This document shows positions 50,877 through 61,700 of a DNA stretch of 64,000 nucleotides, piece after piece. Position numbers and translations under genes: made by a program. The notes under the pieces are model-generated. The model was not told the DNA's origin. It ran no database searches and was given only the letters and a program-made list of their open reading frames with translations. Origin of the DNA: Lachnospirales bacterium (GTDB lineage Bacteria > Bacillota > Clostridia > Lachnospirales > CAMZNU01); contig JBKECF010000014.1 in assembly GCA_047974375.1 (NCBI GenBank), positions 1 to 64,000 of the forward strand. Direction: 5' to 3'. Position 1 is the stretch's first letter, and every line of letters begins with the position of its first letter.

Positions 50877-51392
50877 TCTTTAATTATATCATTATAAATT
50901 TCTATAGATTCTTTTAATTTTTCTATGGCTCGCCCTTTTCTTAGCTACTAAATTTTTATCTTGTATAATTGATTTTAGGCTATATGGATAGCTGTTTTTA
51001 ATGTTTTCAATTTTATATTTTACATTATCAAGTGTTTTCAATATGCGTTTCTTTTCTTTCATTAAATATATTAATTCGTTTTCATAAGCATCTACTGCAT
51101 TTTTTTAAATCATCGTGTTTAAGTAAAAGCATTGACAATTTAATATGTATTTTATCAATCTCTTTTTTTAGTGCAACACATTCTTGAAATTGAATAATAT
51201 AATATTGATTCGTGGACTCATCTTCACATAATTCTATTAAACGGCTTAGGGCTAAAATAAACCAATTGCGATTTTTGCTTTCAAGAATTTTAGTTACATC
51301 ATTTATATAATGATTAAAATAATTTCACTGGGAATAAATAGCTGAGCCAAGAAGTTGAGCATCTGTAATATCATGTGTATTTATTTTTTTCA
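50876..51392 (-). pseudogene. Decayed gene of unknown function (about 170 codons spread over at least three frames)
   Basis: ATG at 51392 with RBS GAGGTAAATT. Translation MKKINTHDITDAQLLGSAIYSQ* resumes in other frames (NYFNHYINDVTKILESKNRNWFILALSRLIELCEDE..., AVDAYENELIYLMKEKKRILKTLDNVKYKIENIK..., AIEKLKESIEIYNDIIKELLR*). Frame changes coincide with T7 runs at 51100-51106 and 51163-51169. Confidence 0.45.
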
Positions 51393-51752
51393 TAATTTAC
51401 CTCATATATTACCTTTTATTTATATCTTTAATTATACCACATTGTGCATTTTAAAATTTTAATATTTGTATAACCTATAGAATTCTTTTACCATGAAAAT
51501 GAAATTTTTAATTATTTTGTATTCAAATTCTATTGTAATTTTTATTTTTTGCTAGTATAATATGTAAGACTTCAGTTTACTATTTTAAAAATAGCTTTTT
51601 TAAATCTTATAAAAGAGCACTATTCTTACATGAGAATAACCTATAAAATAGTGAATTATGTTATATCACAAATTGAAGCTAACAAGGCTTTAGGTTGTAG
51701 CCTACGTAGCTTTTTTTAACGTGAGAAAGAAAAAACAGAGAGGAGTGTTATT

Positions 51753-52718
51753 TTGTCTAATAGCAGATTACATGATTATGCAATTTATGTTTTAAAAAGA
51801 ATTTTTTACGCTGTATTAACTCTATGGGCAGTAGTAACCATAACATTTATATTAATGAAAGCAATACCAGGTGACCCTTTTACAATTGAAGGTAATATGT
51901 CAGAGGCTGCCTACTACAATCTATTGTCTTACTACAATTTGGACAAACCATGGCCTGTGCAATATTTGGGTTATTTGAAATCAGTTGCAACTTTTGATTT
52001 TGGCCCATCTATGGTTAATGACAGGCTAGATGCAAACTATTACATTACAAATGGTTTGCCAGTCACTATGGAACTAGGAATGCAAGCTGCATTAGTTGCA
52101 GTTGCAGGTGGTTTTTTATTAGGTATACTCGCTGCTTTACATCACAACAAAGTACTTGATTATTTAACTATGTTTATAGCTATTATTGGAGTTTCCGTTC
52201 CTAGTTTTATAATGGCTAGACTTCTTACTTTAGTGCTATCACCTGAATATTTTCCAGTAGCAGGCTGGAACTCTAGGCTACATACTGTTTTGCCTACTAT
52301 TGCACTTGCTGCTCTCCCCATGGCTCAAGTCGCCAGACTAATGAGATCTAGCATGCTAGAAGTATTATCTCAAGATTATATAAAAACAGCAAAGGCTAAA
52401 GGTTTAAGGCGTTCCATAATTATTTTAAAGCACGCAGTTAGAAATGCTATTTTGCCTGTTGTATCAATACTAGGTACTGTAATAGCATCTTTGCTTACTG
52501 GTAGCTTTGTAATAGAAAAGATATTTGTAATACCTGGCATGGGTGATGCTTTAATTAAAAGCATTGGGAATAGGGACTATCCTATAATTATGGCTTCAAC
52601 AGTGGTGTATTGTATTGTTTTAGTAATACTTACTCTTATTGTTGACTTATTATATCCTATTATAGATCCCCGCATTGACTTGGTTTCGGCAGGAGGTGTA
52701 ACTAACAGTGACGAGTAA
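51753..52718 (+). CDS. oppB: Oligopeptide ABC transporter permease
   Basis: 321 aa OppB/DppB-type permease. TTG start 8 nt after GAGGAG. Confidence 0.8.
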   Translation: MSNSRLHDYAIYVLKRIFYAVLTLWAVVTITFILMKAIPGDPFTIEGNMSEAAYYNLLSYYNLDKPWPVQYLGYLKSVATFDFGPSMVNDRLDANYYITNGLPVTMELGMQAALVAVAGGFLLGILAALHHNKVLDYLTMFIAIIGVSVPSFIMARLLTLVLSPEYFPVAGWNSRLHTVLPTIALAALPMAQVARLMRSSMLEVLSQDYIKTAKAKGLRRSIIILKHAVRNAILPVVSILGTVIASLLTGSFVIEKIFVIPGMGDALIKSIGNRDYPIIMASTVVYCIVLVILTLIVDLLYPIIDPRIDLVSAGGVTNSDE

Positions 52719-53631
52719 ACATGATATTAGTTTATTTCAAAAAGTAGAAAATAATATTGTGGAGCAAGAAGATTTTTCTCGCCCCTCAATTTCTTATGGA
52801 AAAGATGTAATTCGCAGATTGTTTCAAAATCCTGTTGCAGTTATTTCTCTAGTTATTATTATTTTAATAGTAATTATGTCTGCAATTGGACCACATTTAA
52901 CTAAATTTACATATTTTGATCAAGATTACACACAAATGAATGTAGGGCCAAATGAAGGCCATTACTTCGGTACAGATGACCTAGGTCGTGACTTATTCGC
53001 AAGAGCATGGCAAGGTGGTAGAGTGTCATTATTTATAGGATTTGCTGCTGCGTTTATGGACTTTATTATAGGTGTTACCTATGGTAGTTTTGCTGGTTAT
53101 ACCGGCGGAAGAGTCGATACTATAATGATGAGAATTACAGAGATTTTATATAGCATACCATATATGCTTATGGTTATACTTTTTTCTGTAATATTAGGCT
53201 CTGGTATACCTTCACTTATTTTAGCGATGACGGTTACAGGTTGGATTCCTATGGCTAGGTTAGTACGTGGTCAAACTTTACAGCTAAAAGAACTAGAATA
53301 TGTACAGGCGGCAAAATCATTTGGCGCTCCAACAAAGTGGATATTAAGTAAACATATGTTACCTAATATGATGGGGCCCATAATTGTATCTCTTACACTT
53401 ACAGTGCCTAGAGCCATATTTGCAGAAGCTACCTTAAGCTTTTTGGGGTTAGGTGTATCACCACCAAATACAAGTTGGGGGCAAATGGCAAACGATGGTT
53501 TAGAGCAGTTAATAGTAGGGAATTATTTGAATCTTTTTGTACCATCAATTTTAATTTGTCTTACTATGCTTTGTTTTAACCTTTTGGGCGATGGACTGCG
53601 TGATGCGTTAGATCCTAGGTTGCGTAAATAG
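52708..53631 (+). CDS. oppC: Oligopeptide ABC transporter permease
   Basis: 307 aa OppC/DppC-type permease. Confidence 0.8.
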   Translation: MTSKHDISLFQKVENNIVEQEDFSRPSISYGKDVIRRLFQNPVAVISLVIIILIVIMSAIGPHLTKFTYFDQDYTQMNVGPNEGHYFGTDDLGRDLFARAWQGGRVSLFIGFAAAFMDFIIGVTYGSFAGYTGGRVDTIMMRITEILYSIPYMLMVILFSVILGSGIPSLILAMTVTGWIPMARLVRGQTLQLKELEYVQAAKSFGAPTKWILSKHMLPNMMGPIIVSLTLTVPRAIFAEATLSFLGLGVSPPNTSWGQMANDGLEQLIVGNYLNLFVPSILICLTMLCFNLLGDGLRDALDPRLRK

Positions 53632-53640
53632 GAGGGTGAA

Positions 53641-54657
53641 ATGGAAGAAAAAAAATTATTAGAAGTAGAAAATTTAGCTATTTCATTTAATACATATGCT
53701 GGCGAAGTTCAAGCCGTGCGGGGAATAAGCTTTTACGTTAATGAAGGTGAAATCCTTGGTATAGTAGGTGAATCTGGTTGTGGAAAATCAGTTACATCTA
53801 ATGCTATAATGAGAATATTACCAGAACCTCCTGCTATTTATAAAAGTGGCGCCGTTAATTTAGATGGTAGAGATTTATTAAACCTAAGCGAAAGAGAAAT
53901 GCAAGAAGTGCGTGGAAATGAAATAAGTATGATTTTTCAAGACTCGATGTCCTCATTAAACCCAACAACTAAAGTTGGTAAACAAATATCCGAAGCAATA
54001 CTTAGGCATCAAAAAATAACAAGAGCTGAAGCAAATAAAATTGCATTAGATATGCTTACAGCTGTTGGTATATCAACGCCTAAAAAGAGATTTGAACAAT
54101 ATCCTCATGAGTTTTCAGGTGGTATGAGACAAAGAGCTATGATAGCCATGGCTTTAACTTGTAATCCGAAATTATTAATAGCTGATGAGCCAACTACTGC
54201 ACTAGACGTTACTATTCAGGCTCAAATATTAACTATAATGAAAAAACTAATAAAAAGTAATAATACTGCTATTATTTTAATTACCCACGATTTAGCTGTT
54301 GTAGCTGAAACTTGTGACAGGGTTGTAGTGATGTATGCAGGTCAAATAATTGAAAGCGCAAATATAAAATATATTTTTGAAAATATGAAGCATCCGTATA
54401 CTATGGGACTTTTAGACTCCGTTCCAAGCATGACCATGGATCAAACAAAAGAGTTAACGCCGATTATAGGTTCACCACCAGATTTAATTGCACCACCAAA
54501 GGGCTGTGGATTTTATGCTAGATGTAAACAGGCATTGAAAATTTGTAAGGATTATGAACCAGAAAAAGTAGAATTTACAGAAGATGATGGTTCTTTACAC
54601 TGTGTTAAATGCTGGTTGTACCATGAAGAGTATTTAACAAGTCAGGAGGGTAAATAA
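53641..54657 (+). CDS. oppD: Oligopeptide ABC transporter ATP-binding protein
   Basis: Walker A GESGCGKS, signature FSGGMRQR and the Opp-type C-terminal extension with Cys pairs. Confidence 0.85.
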   Translation: MEEKKLLEVENLAISFNTYAGEVQAVRGISFYVNEGEILGIVGESGCGKSVTSNAIMRILPEPPAIYKSGAVNLDGRDLLNLSEREMQEVRGNEISMIFQDSMSSLNPTTKVGKQISEAILRHQKITRAEANKIALDMLTAVGISTPKKRFEQYPHEFSGGMRQRAMIAMALTCNPKLLIADEPTTALDVTIQAQILTIMKKLIKSNNTAIILITHDLAVVAETCDRVVVMYAGQIIESANIKYIFENMKHPYTMGLLDSVPSMTMDQTKELTPIIGSPPDLIAPPKGCGFYARCKQALKICKDYEPEKVEFTEDDGSLHCVKCWLYHEEYLTSQEGK

Positions 54658-55607
54658 TGAATAAACCCTTATTAGAAGTAAAAAATTTGAGTAAAAAATT
54701 CAAAATGTCTAAAGGTTATTTACAGGCAGTTAAAAACTTAAATTTAGAAATATATGAAGGTGAAACATTAGGTTTAGTAGGCGAATCTGGTTGTGGTAAA
54801 TCTACAGCAGGACGTGCTATTTTAAGGCTTTATGATGATAATATATCTGGTGCAGTTTTATATAACGGTGTTAACGTTTTAAGAATGGATAAAAAAGAAA
54901 TGGTTAACATGCGTAAAGATATGCAATTAATATTTCAAGATCCATATGCTGCACTTAATGGAAGAATGACTGTCGAGTCAATTATTGCTGAACCATTAAA
55001 TATTCATGGAATTGGTACTCCTTCCGAACGAAAAAAAAGAGTTGAGGAACTATTGCAAAGAGTAGGTTTAAAAGCTGAACATAGAAATAGATTTCCCCAT
55101 GAATTTTCTGGTGGCCAAAGACAAAGAATTTGTATTGCTAGGGCTCTAGCTGTAGGACCTAAATTTGTTGTCTGTGATGAGCCTATAGCTTCATTAGACG
55201 TTTCAATCCAAGCGCAAGTGGTGAATTTGCTTAAGGAATTACAAGACGAAGAAAACTATACTTACTTATTTATCGCTCATGACTTATCTATGGTTAAGTA
55301 TATTTCTGATAGAATACTTGTAATGTATTTAGGAAACATGATGGAACTTGCAGAAAGTATTGAGTTGACAGAAAATCCAATGCACCCATACACTAAGGCA
55401 TTATTAAACGCTGTACCTGTTCCTAATCCAGAGTATGTAAGAGATGAAGAGTTAATTGAGGGTGAAATACCTAATCCAATGAACCCACCTTCTGGCTGTG
55501 TATTTAGGACTAGATGTCCACGTGCAATGGAAATTTGCTCAAAAGAAATTCCTACTTGGCATGAAGCTAAACCTAATCATATGGTAGCATGTCATTTATA
55601 TAAGTAA
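54657..55607 (+). CDS. oppF: Oligopeptide ABC transporter ATP-binding protein
   Basis: Walker A GESGCGKST, signature FSGGQRQR and the OppF C-terminal domain. Confidence 0.85.
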   Translation: MNKPLLEVKNLSKKFKMSKGYLQAVKNLNLEIYEGETLGLVGESGCGKSTAGRAILRLYDDNISGAVLYNGVNVLRMDKKEMVNMRKDMQLIFQDPYAALNGRMTVESIIAEPLNIHGIGTPSERKKRVEELLQRVGLKAEHRNRFPHEFSGGQRQRICIARALAVGPKFVVCDEPIASLDVSIQAQVVNLLKELQDEENYTYLFIAHDLSMVKYISDRILVMYLGNMMELAESIELTENPMHPYTKALLNAVPVPNPEYVRDEELIEGEIPNPMNPPSGCVFRTRCPRAMEICSKEIPTWHEAKPNHMVACHLYK

Positions 55608-55616
55608 CAAAAAAAA

Positions 55617-55657
55617 GGGAATATAACCAATTAGTTTTTGGTATATTCTCTTTTTTG
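55617..55657 (+). terminator. Rho-independent terminator after oppF
   Basis: gaatataacc / ggtatattc stem followed by a T6 run. Confidence 0.6.
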
Positions 55658-55665
55658 TGTGCAAA

Positions 55666-55704
55666 GTAAAAAATGGTAAGTAATAAAATTTACTCACCAT
55701 TTTT
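55666..55704 (-). terminator. Terminator for the minus-strand secreted-protein gene (near-perfect 15-bp stem)
   Basis: aaaaatggtaagtaa / ttactcaccattttt, flanked by T-runs on the minus strand. Confidence 0.6.
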
Positions 55705-55723
55705 AAATATTTTAAATATAAAT

Positions 55724-56596
55724 TTACTTAATAAAATCTCTTATAGCCCTAGGAGTAAGTGCCTTACTGGCTACAATAGAATAAGTATAATTTTTACTTT
55801 TCCATGTAGCTACTTTTACCATTTCAAATTCACCTTGCATTAATATTTCCATATCACGAATTGTAATCTTAGAACTTTGTCTCCAAATAACTTCATTACC
55901 GCTAATATCATCCTCATCGCCAGGAGCCATTCTATAAACTATAGTATCTGTTCCTTTTTTGTAAGAGATTTCCCCAATATCACCTCTAGCTATATATTTA
56001 TATAACTCATAATCTTTTGGTGGCGTTGGTATAATTAGCTCGTAGCCAACTGTTTCTTGTAATTCTTCTAATGTTTCGCATTCTATTGGTGGAGTTAATG
56101 AACCATAGTCAGGCGCCTCGCCTATACGTACAGCTTTATTTTTTATAACTACTGATGTTTCATCATCAACTAAGTGCTCATATAGTGTAGCAGGAACGTA
56201 TGTAGTGTCACCTACAAGTTTTGGTCCAGAACCAAGAGAGTAAGGAACAGGTGATGTTTTGTTTTCTAAATGTAGAACTCCATCAACGTACTCGTCCAAA
56301 TTCATTTTAATAGTCACATAGCGTTCATCTGTGCTTATACGCATTGTCTTGTCTTTGTTCCATTTAGTTTTAAATTCTAAAATGTCGTTAACTTGACGTA
56401 ATGGTACCATATAAACATTTTTACCTAATTCGCTTTTTGTAATGTAACCTTTTGCAACTTCCACATCATCAATATAAATTGGAATTGTCATGGAAACAGC
56501 TGTTGACGAATAACTTACATCTTTTTGAACATTTGCATATACATTAGCTGAAGCTAATGCACATATCATACCTGCTGTAATAATTAATTTTTTCAT
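55724..56596 (-). CDS. Secreted hypothetical protein with a copper-amine-oxidase-N-terminal-like (stalk) domain
   Basis: Signal peptide MKKLIITAGMICALASANVYA after an AGGAGGG RBS (ATG at 56596). The domain pattern VYMVPLRQVNDILEF...TTYVPATLYEHL resembles Cu_amine_oxidN1. Confidence 0.4.
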   Translation of the reverse strand: MKKLIITAGMICALASANVYANVQKDVSYSSTAVSMTIPIYIDDVEVAKGYITKSELGKNVYMVPLRQVNDILEFKTKWNKDKTMRISTDERYVTIKMNLDEYVDGVLHLENKTSPVPYSLGSGPKLVGDTTYVPATLYEHLVDDETSVVIKNKAVRIGEAPDYGSLTPPIECETLEELQETVGYELIIPTPPKDYELYKYIARGDIGEISYKKGTDTIVYRMAPGDEDDISGNEVIWRQSSKITIRDMEILMQGEFEMVKVATWKSKNYTYSIVASKALTPRAIRDFIK

Positions 56597-56781
56597 AAAC
56601 CCTCCTAAAAGTTTTTTTAATAGTATCATATAATAATTCTAATAACAATAGCTAGTTTTTTTGTTTATTTAATTTTAACATTAGCTATATTTAAGTTCAA
56701 TTTAAAAATATTAGGTTATACTTAAATTGTAAATATTTTAATGATATAATGTGAAAAAGCATTTAAAACTTTGGAGGTACT

Positions 56782-57465
56782 ATGAGAATTTTATTAGTAG
56801 AAGATGAAGTAAGTTTAGCTGAAGCAGTAAAACATATATTAAGCAAAAATAAATATGTAGTAGATATGTTTCATGACGGTGAATTAGGATTGGACTATGC
56901 TCTAAGTGATGTATACGACATTATTATATTAGATATAATGTTGCCTAAAAGGGACGGAATATCTGTTTTGAAGGAGCTGAGAAAGAATAATATTGAAACG
57001 CCAGTACTTCTATTAACAGCAAAAGGAGAAGTTTCTGATGTAGTATTTGGTTTAGACTCAGGAGCAGATGACTATTTAACCAAGCCTTTTGCTAAAGAGG
57101 AACTCTTAGCTAGAATTAATGTTTTAACCAGAAGGCACGGAGCCATTTCTTTAGAAAATACCTTAATATATGGCGACATTTCATTAGACATTTCGAATTT
57201 AACTCTATCATGTAAAGGGGAAAGTTTAACAATAACATTAAAAGAAAAGGAAGTAATAGAATTATTAATAAATAGGCAAGGCATGGTTACGTCAAAAGAC
57301 TTTATGATAGAGAAGTTATGGGGATTTGATTCTATGGCTGAAGATAACCACGTTGAGGTATATATATCTTTTGTAAGAAAAAAATTAAAGTTTTTAAACT
57401 CTGATGTACAAATAAAAACCTTACGTGGATTGGGTTATAAATTGGAGCAAGCAAATGTTCAATAA
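56782..57465 (+). CDS. OmpR-family response regulator
   Basis: Receiver (LLVEDE, DIIILDIMLP) and winged-helix output, 227 aa. Confidence 0.85.
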   Translation: MRILLVEDEVSLAEAVKHILSKNKYVVDMFHDGELGLDYALSDVYDIIILDIMLPKRDGISVLKELRKNNIETPVLLLTAKGEVSDVVFGLDSGADDYLTKPFAKEELLARINVLTRRHGAISLENTLIYGDISLDISNLTLSCKGESLTITLKEKEVIELLINRQGMVTSKDFMIEKLWGFDSMAEDNHVEVYISFVRKKLKFLNSDVQIKTLRGLGYKLEQANVQ

Positions 57466-58693
57466 AACACGACGAAATTTAATGATATTAAATATGACAT
57501 TAATAACTTTGTTTATGACTTTTTCTTTTGGAGTGGTTTATTTTACAACTAAAAGTGATGTTTACTACCAAATAGAAAAAGATATAAATCAAATAGAAAA
57601 TGATTATGCAAAAGCCATGTCAGGTAAAATTAATTCACAAAGTAACAATTTACGTGGTGGAATAAGTAAGATAAATGCAAATTATTATATAACTGATATA
57701 AGCGGCCCTATACAGATTAATTATCATAATTTTGGCCTAAGTGAGGCTGATGAAACCATTAAGCGCTTTAATAATATGATTATAAAAGCGAATGAACCTG
57801 AAGGTGAATTTACACATAATGAAAAATATTATTATTTCCAATATTATAACAATCTAACCCTTAAAAGAATTATTGTTGTAGATACAACTCAAAGATTTAT
57901 TACTTTACAAAACTTAATAAGAAATTTAATATTTATTGGCATTTCAATGTTAATATTAATATTTACAATTAGTTATTTTTTTACTACAAAAAGTATTAAG
58001 CCTATTGCAAAGGCTTTTCAGCGACAAAAAGAATTTATATCTGATGCTTCACATGAGCTTAAAACACCTTTAGCAGTAATGAAAACTAACTTAGAAATAA
58101 TACTTAACGAGGTAAATAAGGATAGTGAAAAATGGGTAACTACATCTATAAATGAGGTTAATAATATGACTTATTTAGTAAATGAATTGTTAACATTAAC
58201 TAAAATGGAACAAGATGAGATTATACACGAACCCACAAGAGTTAATCTTACAGATGTAGTTAATAGATCTGTTTTAACCCTAGAAGCTGTAGCTTTTGAA
58301 AAATTAATAATTATAGAAGAAGATATAGATGAAGATATACAAACCCAAGGCAAAGAAGAAGAATTGAAAAGACTAGTAATAATACTTCTAGACAACGCTA
58401 TAAAGTACTGTAATAACAATGGCAGAGTAGTCGTAAAACTAAAGAAGGAAGAAAAAAATAGTCATTTATTAATAAGTAATACAGGAGAAATAATTAGTGA
58501 AGACGAAAAAGAATTAATATTCGAAAGATTTTATAGGACCAATAAAGAACGAGAACGTGAGAGTGGGAGTTATGGTTTAGGCTTATCTATAGCAAAAAAA
58601 ATTATTGAAAACCATAAATTTTCTATTAAAGCATATCCTGAAAATAATATGACGAATTTTAAAGTAACTTTTAAAAATCTGTCTAAAGAATAA
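57455..58693 (+). CDS. Sensor histidine kinase (2 TM, HisKA, HATPase_c)
   Basis: H-box SHELKTPLAVM and ATPase boxes (NTGEIISEDE, GLGLSIAK). Start at the ATG at 57455 with a GGAG RBS, overlapping the response-regulator stop. Confidence 0.8.
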   Translation: MFNKTRRNLMILNMTLITLFMTFSFGVVYFTTKSDVYYQIEKDINQIENDYAKAMSGKINSQSNNLRGGISKINANYYITDISGPIQINYHNFGLSEADETIKRFNNMIIKANEPEGEFTHNEKYYYFQYYNNLTLKRIIVVDTTQRFITLQNLIRNLIFIGISMLILIFTISYFFTTKSIKPIAKAFQRQKEFISDASHELKTPLAVMKTNLEIILNEVNKDSEKWVTTSINEVNNMTYLVNELLTLTKMEQDEIIHEPTRVNLTDVVNRSVLTLEAVAFEKLIIIEEDIDEDIQTQGKEEELKRLVIILLDNAIKYCNNNGRVVVKLKKEEKNSHLLISNTGEIISEDEKELIFERFYRTNKERERESGSYGLGLSIAKKIIENHKFSIKAYPENNMTNFKVTFKNLSKE

Positions 58694-58746
58694 GGTATTG
58701 CAGATATAACTCATACATAATGAATATGCCAGCTTAGGAGAATAAG

Positions 58747-61700
58747 ATGAAATACATATTAAGTAGTAAATTTTACAATACAAATAAAATTGCTAAAATG
58801 CTTTTAAAATTAGAAAAAGAGAAACAAATTATTTATATAGTTCCTGAGCAAAGTACATTACACACCGAACGTACTTTGATGGAAAAATCTGGCAGAAAAG
58901 CTATTATGCAAAGCCAAGTTTATAGCTTTAAGCGATTAGCTTTTAAAACACTTAGTGAAGTAGGTGACAACAACTTAGAGCCATTAGATGATACAGCTAA
59001 AGGATTAATTTTACGTAAAATAATTGAAGAAAAAAAAGAAAGCTTTAAATTTTATAAAAACGCTAGCAATAAAATTGGGTTTATAGAAGAAATTAGTAAC
59101 ATAATTACTGAATTTCAAAGTTATAGTATTTCGCCCCAAAATATAAAAGATAAGTTAGCAATGGATGATATTGGCATTTTAGGCTTGAAGATGTCAGATA
59201 TATATGAAATCTATATAAGTTATTGTAGCTATATAGAAAGTAGATATATTACGCCGGAGATTACTTTGGATTATTTAAATAATAAGATACAATTTTCAAA
59301 TAATATTAAAAATAGCATAATTGTTTTAGATGGATTTATAGCCTTAACACCACAAGAGTATAAAATACTAGAAAAATTACTTTTATATGCATACGATGTA
59401 TTATTTGTATTTCCTATTAATGAGGTTCCCAAAAAAGAATATTTCGATAATATAAATAAAGGTGATATTTTTTATGAAATCAAAAACATATGGAATAAAA
59501 TATACTTTTTTTCCAAGGAGATAAATCTAAATACAGAGTTTGTTGCTCTAGAAGAAGATTGTAATGAAAGCGACCTGACTTATTTACAAAACAATTATTT
59601 TAAGGAAGCTAAAGTTATAGACGGAAAAAATATTGAACTGTCTTCTTGTAAAAATAAATATGAAGAAATTACGCTATTATGTGAAAATATAATTCGCCTA
59701 GTTAGAGATAATGGTTATAGATATAGCGACATTGGCGTTTTTACAAATGCTAGAGATAAGTCAACTATTGAGGGGATACTTAGCCAATATAATATACCTT
59801 ACTTTTTGGATGAGAAAGATAAAATTATATCCCTAAGTTTACCTACGTTAATATTAGATATAGTTAATGTTGTTGTATCTAACCATTCCTATGAAAGTGT
59901 GTTTAAAATTCTTAAATCCGAACTAATGAGTTTTGACTCTCGTTCTTTGGAAATTTTGGAAAATTATGCTTTAGAATATGGTATAAAAGGCTACAAGTGG
60001 AAAAGAAAAGTAAAAAACAGTGAAAATAGTGAAAAAATATTAGATGACATATACGAGGATTTAAATTCCACAGAAAAAGAAGTATTTGATATTTCCTTTG
60101 AAGATTTTTACAATTCTAAAAAATATGATATGGAAAAAATTAATAAAACTAAAGATGAAGTACTAAAGAAGTTAATGTTTTTCACCTATAAAATTGATAA
60201 AAAAGAATATGACATTGTTTATTTAACTAAAAAAATTTTTAGATTTTTAATTAATAATTCTGTACACGAAAAATTATTAGGAATTGAAGAGTACTTAAAT
60301 GATGTAGGCGATTTCGAAAGAGTCAAAGAATACAGTCAAATTTGGGAAAAGACTATAAATGTATTTAATAAGCTAAATGAATTTTTAAAGGACACAAAGG
60401 TTACAATAAATGATTTTTATAAAATTTTAGAGGCTGGTTTTGTTAGCGAAGAATTAGCAACTTTACCATCTAAAGTTGATGAAGTATTAATCGGTGATAT
60501 AAAAAGAACTATAAGTGAACCTAAAAAAGTGGTGTGTTTAATTACACTAAATGAAGGGATAATTCCTAGTATATACAACGAAAATAAATTATTAAGTGAT
60601 GATGAAAAAGACTTCCTTTCTGATAAAAAAATATCTTTAAGTGAAAATAGCAAAAAACTATTAATACGAGAAAATTTGTATTTTTATAGAGTTCTTCAAC
60701 TAGCAGAAGAAAAATTATTTTTATCTTATTCACAAAGGCAACTAAATGGTGACATGATGTTCCCATCCCCTTATATAAATAAAATAAAGAATATTGTTAA
60801 CATAAGTGAAAAAAATTATAAAGAAGATTTAACCATAAGTGTTAGTTTATTTAAAAAAATTAGTGAGCTAATACCAAGGCGTTCAGCAGGTTTAAGTGAA
60901 AAAGAAGAAGCGATTTTCCAGTTTTTTTACAATAAGGAGGAATATAAATACATCATAGATTTACTAATTAATATGCAAAATGAAAAAAATATTAAAGAAA
61001 AACTAAGTGAAAGCTTAGTAAGTAAATTTTATGGTAATGAATTAATTACATCTGTATCTAGGCTAGAAAGGTATGTTAGATGCCCTTATTTATACTTTAT
61101 AGACTATAACCTAAAGGCTAAAGATAGAGTAATATATGAAGCTGATTATATTGATTATGGAAATTTATTCCATTACATATTAGAAAAATACGATGAATAT
61201 ATTGCAAATGAAAAGATAAAATGGAGTGACGTTGAAGATGAACAGATAAAAAATATCGTGGACTCTATTGTAATAGATTCCTTAAAAGAAAATAGCATTT
61301 ATTTAAGTAGCAGCAGATATGAAAGTTTTTTGGAAAGAATAAGCAATATAAGTAAAAAATCAATTTGGGCATTACGTGAGCACATAAGGCATGGGAATTT
61401 TCAAGTTACAGGATCTGAAGTGGAATTTTCAAAAGAAGAAAATGCCCTTACTTTAGAAGTAGATGGTAAAAAAATATACTTAGTTGGTAAAATTGATAGA
61501 ATCGATATATATGATGATAATGGGGTTAAATATGTAAAAGTTTTAGATTATAAATCTGGTAATACTGAATTTAGTATAGACGAAATATATCACGGAACGC
61601 AATTACAACTTATAGTATATTTAATGGCCATATTAGAAAGTGCAGATTTAAAAGCTGAATCTATGCCTGGTGGAATGTTTTATTTTAAAATTCAAAATCC

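Noticed and set aside
40500-51400. Explaining all frame disruptions (Cas4-like, HIRAN cassette) as homopolymer sequencing errors
   Set aside because: This is not fully excluded. However, long genes elsewhere (leuS 799 aa, addB 1124 aa, the SBP 560 aa) traverse A/T homopolymers of 7-9 nt with intact frames, and the flotillin lesion is a substitution rather than an indel. The disruptions are reported as probable genuine pseudogenes pending read-level checks.
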